Source of the DNA: Neoechinorhynchus agilis
Lineage: Eukaryota > Animalia > Acanthocephala
Direction: 5' to 3'
DNA length: 64,000 bases
Assembly: GCA_051530055.1 (NCBI GenBank)
Contig: CM121341.1
Coordinates: 3,524,151-3,588,150 of the forward strand
In this document: positions 61,439 through 64,000 of the stretch, piece by piece
How positions within the stretch are numbered: position 1 is the first letter of the stretch
Layout: the number at the start of each line of letters is the position of its first letter
Notes under the pieces: model-generated
Database searches by the model: none
Told to the model about the DNA's origin: nothing
Seen by the model: the letters and a program-made list of their open reading frames with translations, nothing else
Translations under genes and position numbers: made by a program

Positions 61439-62458
61439 TTACAAGTTTTCAGACAATGGCAGAATACTATTGCCGTTTACGAGTCCATTCATTCGGCTGT
61501 AGGGAGGAAAGGATAACTCAAGAACTTCCTTTTCAGTCTCCGTTAATCTTTTAGGAAAGATTATATCAAAATGAACGACGAGGTCCCCTCGCTGATTAGT
61601 TTGGTTAACAATAGGCAAGCCCATTCCTCTCAATCGCTTCTCTGTCTTTGGTGTGATCACATCTGACCACTTTAGCAATCGTTGGTCGTTATTTACAGTC
61701 GGAATCATCAATCTCCCTCCCAGTAGTGCTGATTTTAGTGGAATTTTCGCAATAAAAACAATATCATTTCCGATTCTCTTAAATGTATGGTGGGGTTTAT
61801 CACGAAGAACAAATATCACATCAGCAGGAATAACGCCTGGTGTTTTGTCGCCTTCCCTCTCAAAAATAATTCGGGTTCCTTCTTTCCATCCGGGTTTTAT
61901 ATCAATTGTAACAATCTTTTCCTCATTTCGAACGGTACTATCTTTCCTAGAAGTAACCTTTCGCGTGATCTTTATCCGCCTCTTAGCTCCGTTCATAACT
62001 TCCTCAAGCGAAACGTACAAATCATGGAATATGAGCAACGATTCATATAGAATTTCAGCCCAATGCGAAAAGGTGAATCGGTGCGGTTCTACGGGTGGAT
62101 CTTTATAAACTATATTATGCTGACTGGAAGCGAAATCAGCACCATCATGAGACGAATAGAACCCATTGACTCCTTCTTGTGCCCATTGTGAATAAGAATC
62201 ATTGAACGTCGCGCTCTTCTTCATTCCATCAGCTCCATACAAATCATAGTTTCGTCTTTTTTCTTTATTACTCAGCACATCGAATGCCTTAGATATTTTA
62301 GCGAACATTCGATGACTATTGGGATCACCGCTTTTATCTGGATGATATACAAATGCCAGTCTCTTAAACGCTTGTCTAATGTCCTGATCGGTGGCATTCT
62401 TAGTAATTCCCAGCAACTTGTAGTAGTCATCGTCGCTAGGAGTCGGCGCTTTGACCAT
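61439..62458 (-). CDS. Class-B DnaJ/Hsp40 (DNAJB1/4/5-like)
   Basis: J domain with HPD, then HDLYVSLEE, IDIKPGWKEGTRIIFEREGD, PADVIF and GDLVVHFDIIFP. No Zn finger. Confidence 0.93.
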   Translation of the reverse strand: MVKAPTPSDDDYYKLLGITKNATDQDIRQAFKRLAFVYHPDKSGDPNSHRMFAKISKAFDVLSNKEKRRNYDLYGADGMKKSATFNDSYSQWAQEGVNGFYSSHDGADFASSQHNIVYKDPPVEPHRFTFSHWAEILYESLLIFHDLYVSLEEVMNGAKRRIKITRKVTSRKDSTVRNEEKIVTIDIKPGWKEGTRIIFEREGDKTPGVIPADVIFVLRDKPHHTFKRIGNDIVFIAKIPLKSALLGGRLMIPTVNNDQRLLKWSDVITPKTEKRLRGMGLPIVNQTNQRGDLVVHFDIIFPKRLTETEKEVLELSFPPYSRMNGLVNGNSILPLSENL

Positions 62459-63272
62459 CCCGATTCAAAAATCAGGGTTTAACCAAGCACGATTGAGAAC
62501 TTTTATCTAAAAGTAGGCGTTTGAAATGTAGCTAAAAACACGTAGACTGTCGTTGTGCTCAGAAACAAAAGCGAACTCTGCTAGAAAGGAGTCCTACTGT
62601 CAACTGTTGACGAGTTGTGATTGCTGTTCAAGGTCCTCGGTGTCTGAATGTGTGTCGCAATGGGACCTCATCAAAATGAGTGCAGCAGTAAATCAACGTG
62701 AATTCCCGAGGGGCGAGTCCAACGTTTAAAATGATTAAAAAACTGACCAATTATAAACCCAATTGTTATTTTTTTGTTAGGGAAGAGCTAAAATAAAAAA
62801 TCTTCCCTTGGTGGGAGCTGGTGAATATGCAGTTGGGTGTGCGTGCGAGTGAATCGTTGTACTCCACTAAAAGTGTTCTTTTTCTAACAAAAAGACTCAT
62901 CGTCATATCTCAGCGCATGTTACAACAAACGAGTTTTCTTAGATTTAGTGCATAAAATATTATCTCACTTAAACAATAAAACACCCTCAGTTTTTAAATA
63001 ATTCTTCAGAAATAATAAGAAAAAGGATTTGCTCATAAAACTTCTTAATATTTGAGATAAACGTTTATGAACTAAACATACCGATCCATGCCTCGCTTCT
63101 CCATTTAAAGCACGCAGTCATAACCCATTTAATAGATATTTGTCTAACATCTAAAACAATGGAATCTCAAGTGGAGAAAAAAGAACCCGTATCTTACTCC
63201 TACATCACAACTTAAGTAAGTAGAAAAATTATTTTGTTTACTGATTTTTTCATTGGTTTTAAACTTACATTC

Positions 63273-64000
63273 TTTAATGACTAAATTTAAAACTCGCTCT
63301 CCGATTTGTTAAATTCGATTTTCAATAAAAGTCTAATTCGGAATGCAATTGACTCCTAATTAAAAAAATTGTTTAATGGCTAATTTTAAAATACGCTCTA
63401 AGATTTGTTAAATTTGAGTTTATAAAAATCTCATTCGGAATGCAATGGATTTAGAATTAAAAAATTGTTTAATGACTAATTTAAAACCTCGCTTTAATAT
63501 TTATCAAATTTGAGTTTCTATAAAAATCTCATTCGGAATGCAATGGATTTAGAATTAAAAAGTTGTTTTATGACTAATTTAAAACCTCGCTTTCCTATTT
63601 ATCAAATTTGAGTTTCTATAAAAATCTCATTCGGAATGCAATGGCCTAAGAATTAAAAAAATTGTTTAATGACTAATTTTAAAACTCGCTCTTCGATTTG
63701 TTAAATTCGATTTTCAATAAAAGTCTAATTTGGAATGCAATTGACTCCTAATTAAAAAAATTGTTAAATTGGCTAATTTTAAAATACGCTCTTAGATTTG
63801 TTAAATTTGAGTTTCAATAAAAATCTCATTCGGAATGCAATGGATTAAGAATTAAAAAAATTTTTAATGACTAATTTAAAACCTCGCTTTCCTATTTATC
63901 AAATTTGAGTTTCTATAAAAATCTCATTCGGAATGCAATGGATTTAGAATTAAAAAATTGTTTAATGACTAATTTTAAAATACGCTCTTAGATTTGTTAA
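63273..64000 (+). repeat. AT-rich satellite, about 98-bp unit, at least 7 copies, continues beyond the right edge
   Basis: Units start at about 63273, 63372, 63468, 63566, 63665, 63764, 63863 and 63961. Confidence 0.95.

Noticed and set aside
1-64000. tRNA, rRNA or snRNA genes
   Set aside because: I saw no convincing cloverleaf (A/B box) or rRNA/snRNA signature by eye. tRNAscan-SE and Infernal would be needed to exclude them.

Overview
Eukaryotic DNA, not prokaryotic: an AT-rich, compact-intron (about 45-55 bp GT-AG), fast-evolving invertebrate animal using the standard genetic code. The species cannot be named from the sequence. 1-8.3 kb is an 18-bp-unit minisatellite whose many ORFs are repeat shadows. 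8.5-36.7 kb and 57-61 kb hold many decayed mobile elements: CR1/L2-like LINEs, CRE-type restriction-like-endonuclease (RLE) non-LTR elements, Penelope, a Gypsy 3' end and MITE/foldback palindromes. Host genes I can support are a broken Toll-like LRR gene, an intronless TPR-like gene, a very short INPP4, PSME3, a Tctex1-domain gene, MTRFR (C12orf65), RECQL4, TMEM65, TBC1D13, a Shisa-like gene and a class-B DnaJ. There are also several orphan ORFs and four larger tandem arrays (196, 157, 283 and 98 bp units). I found no CRISPR array, rRNA or tRNA. I cannot claim a new biological system. The best leads are the codon-phased minisatellite, two RT-less CRE elements (one inside a 67-bp direct repeat), the mini-INPP4, in-frame insertions in conserved motifs of RECQL4 and DnaJ, and RFX X-boxes. 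All homology calls come from remembered motifs, not database searches.
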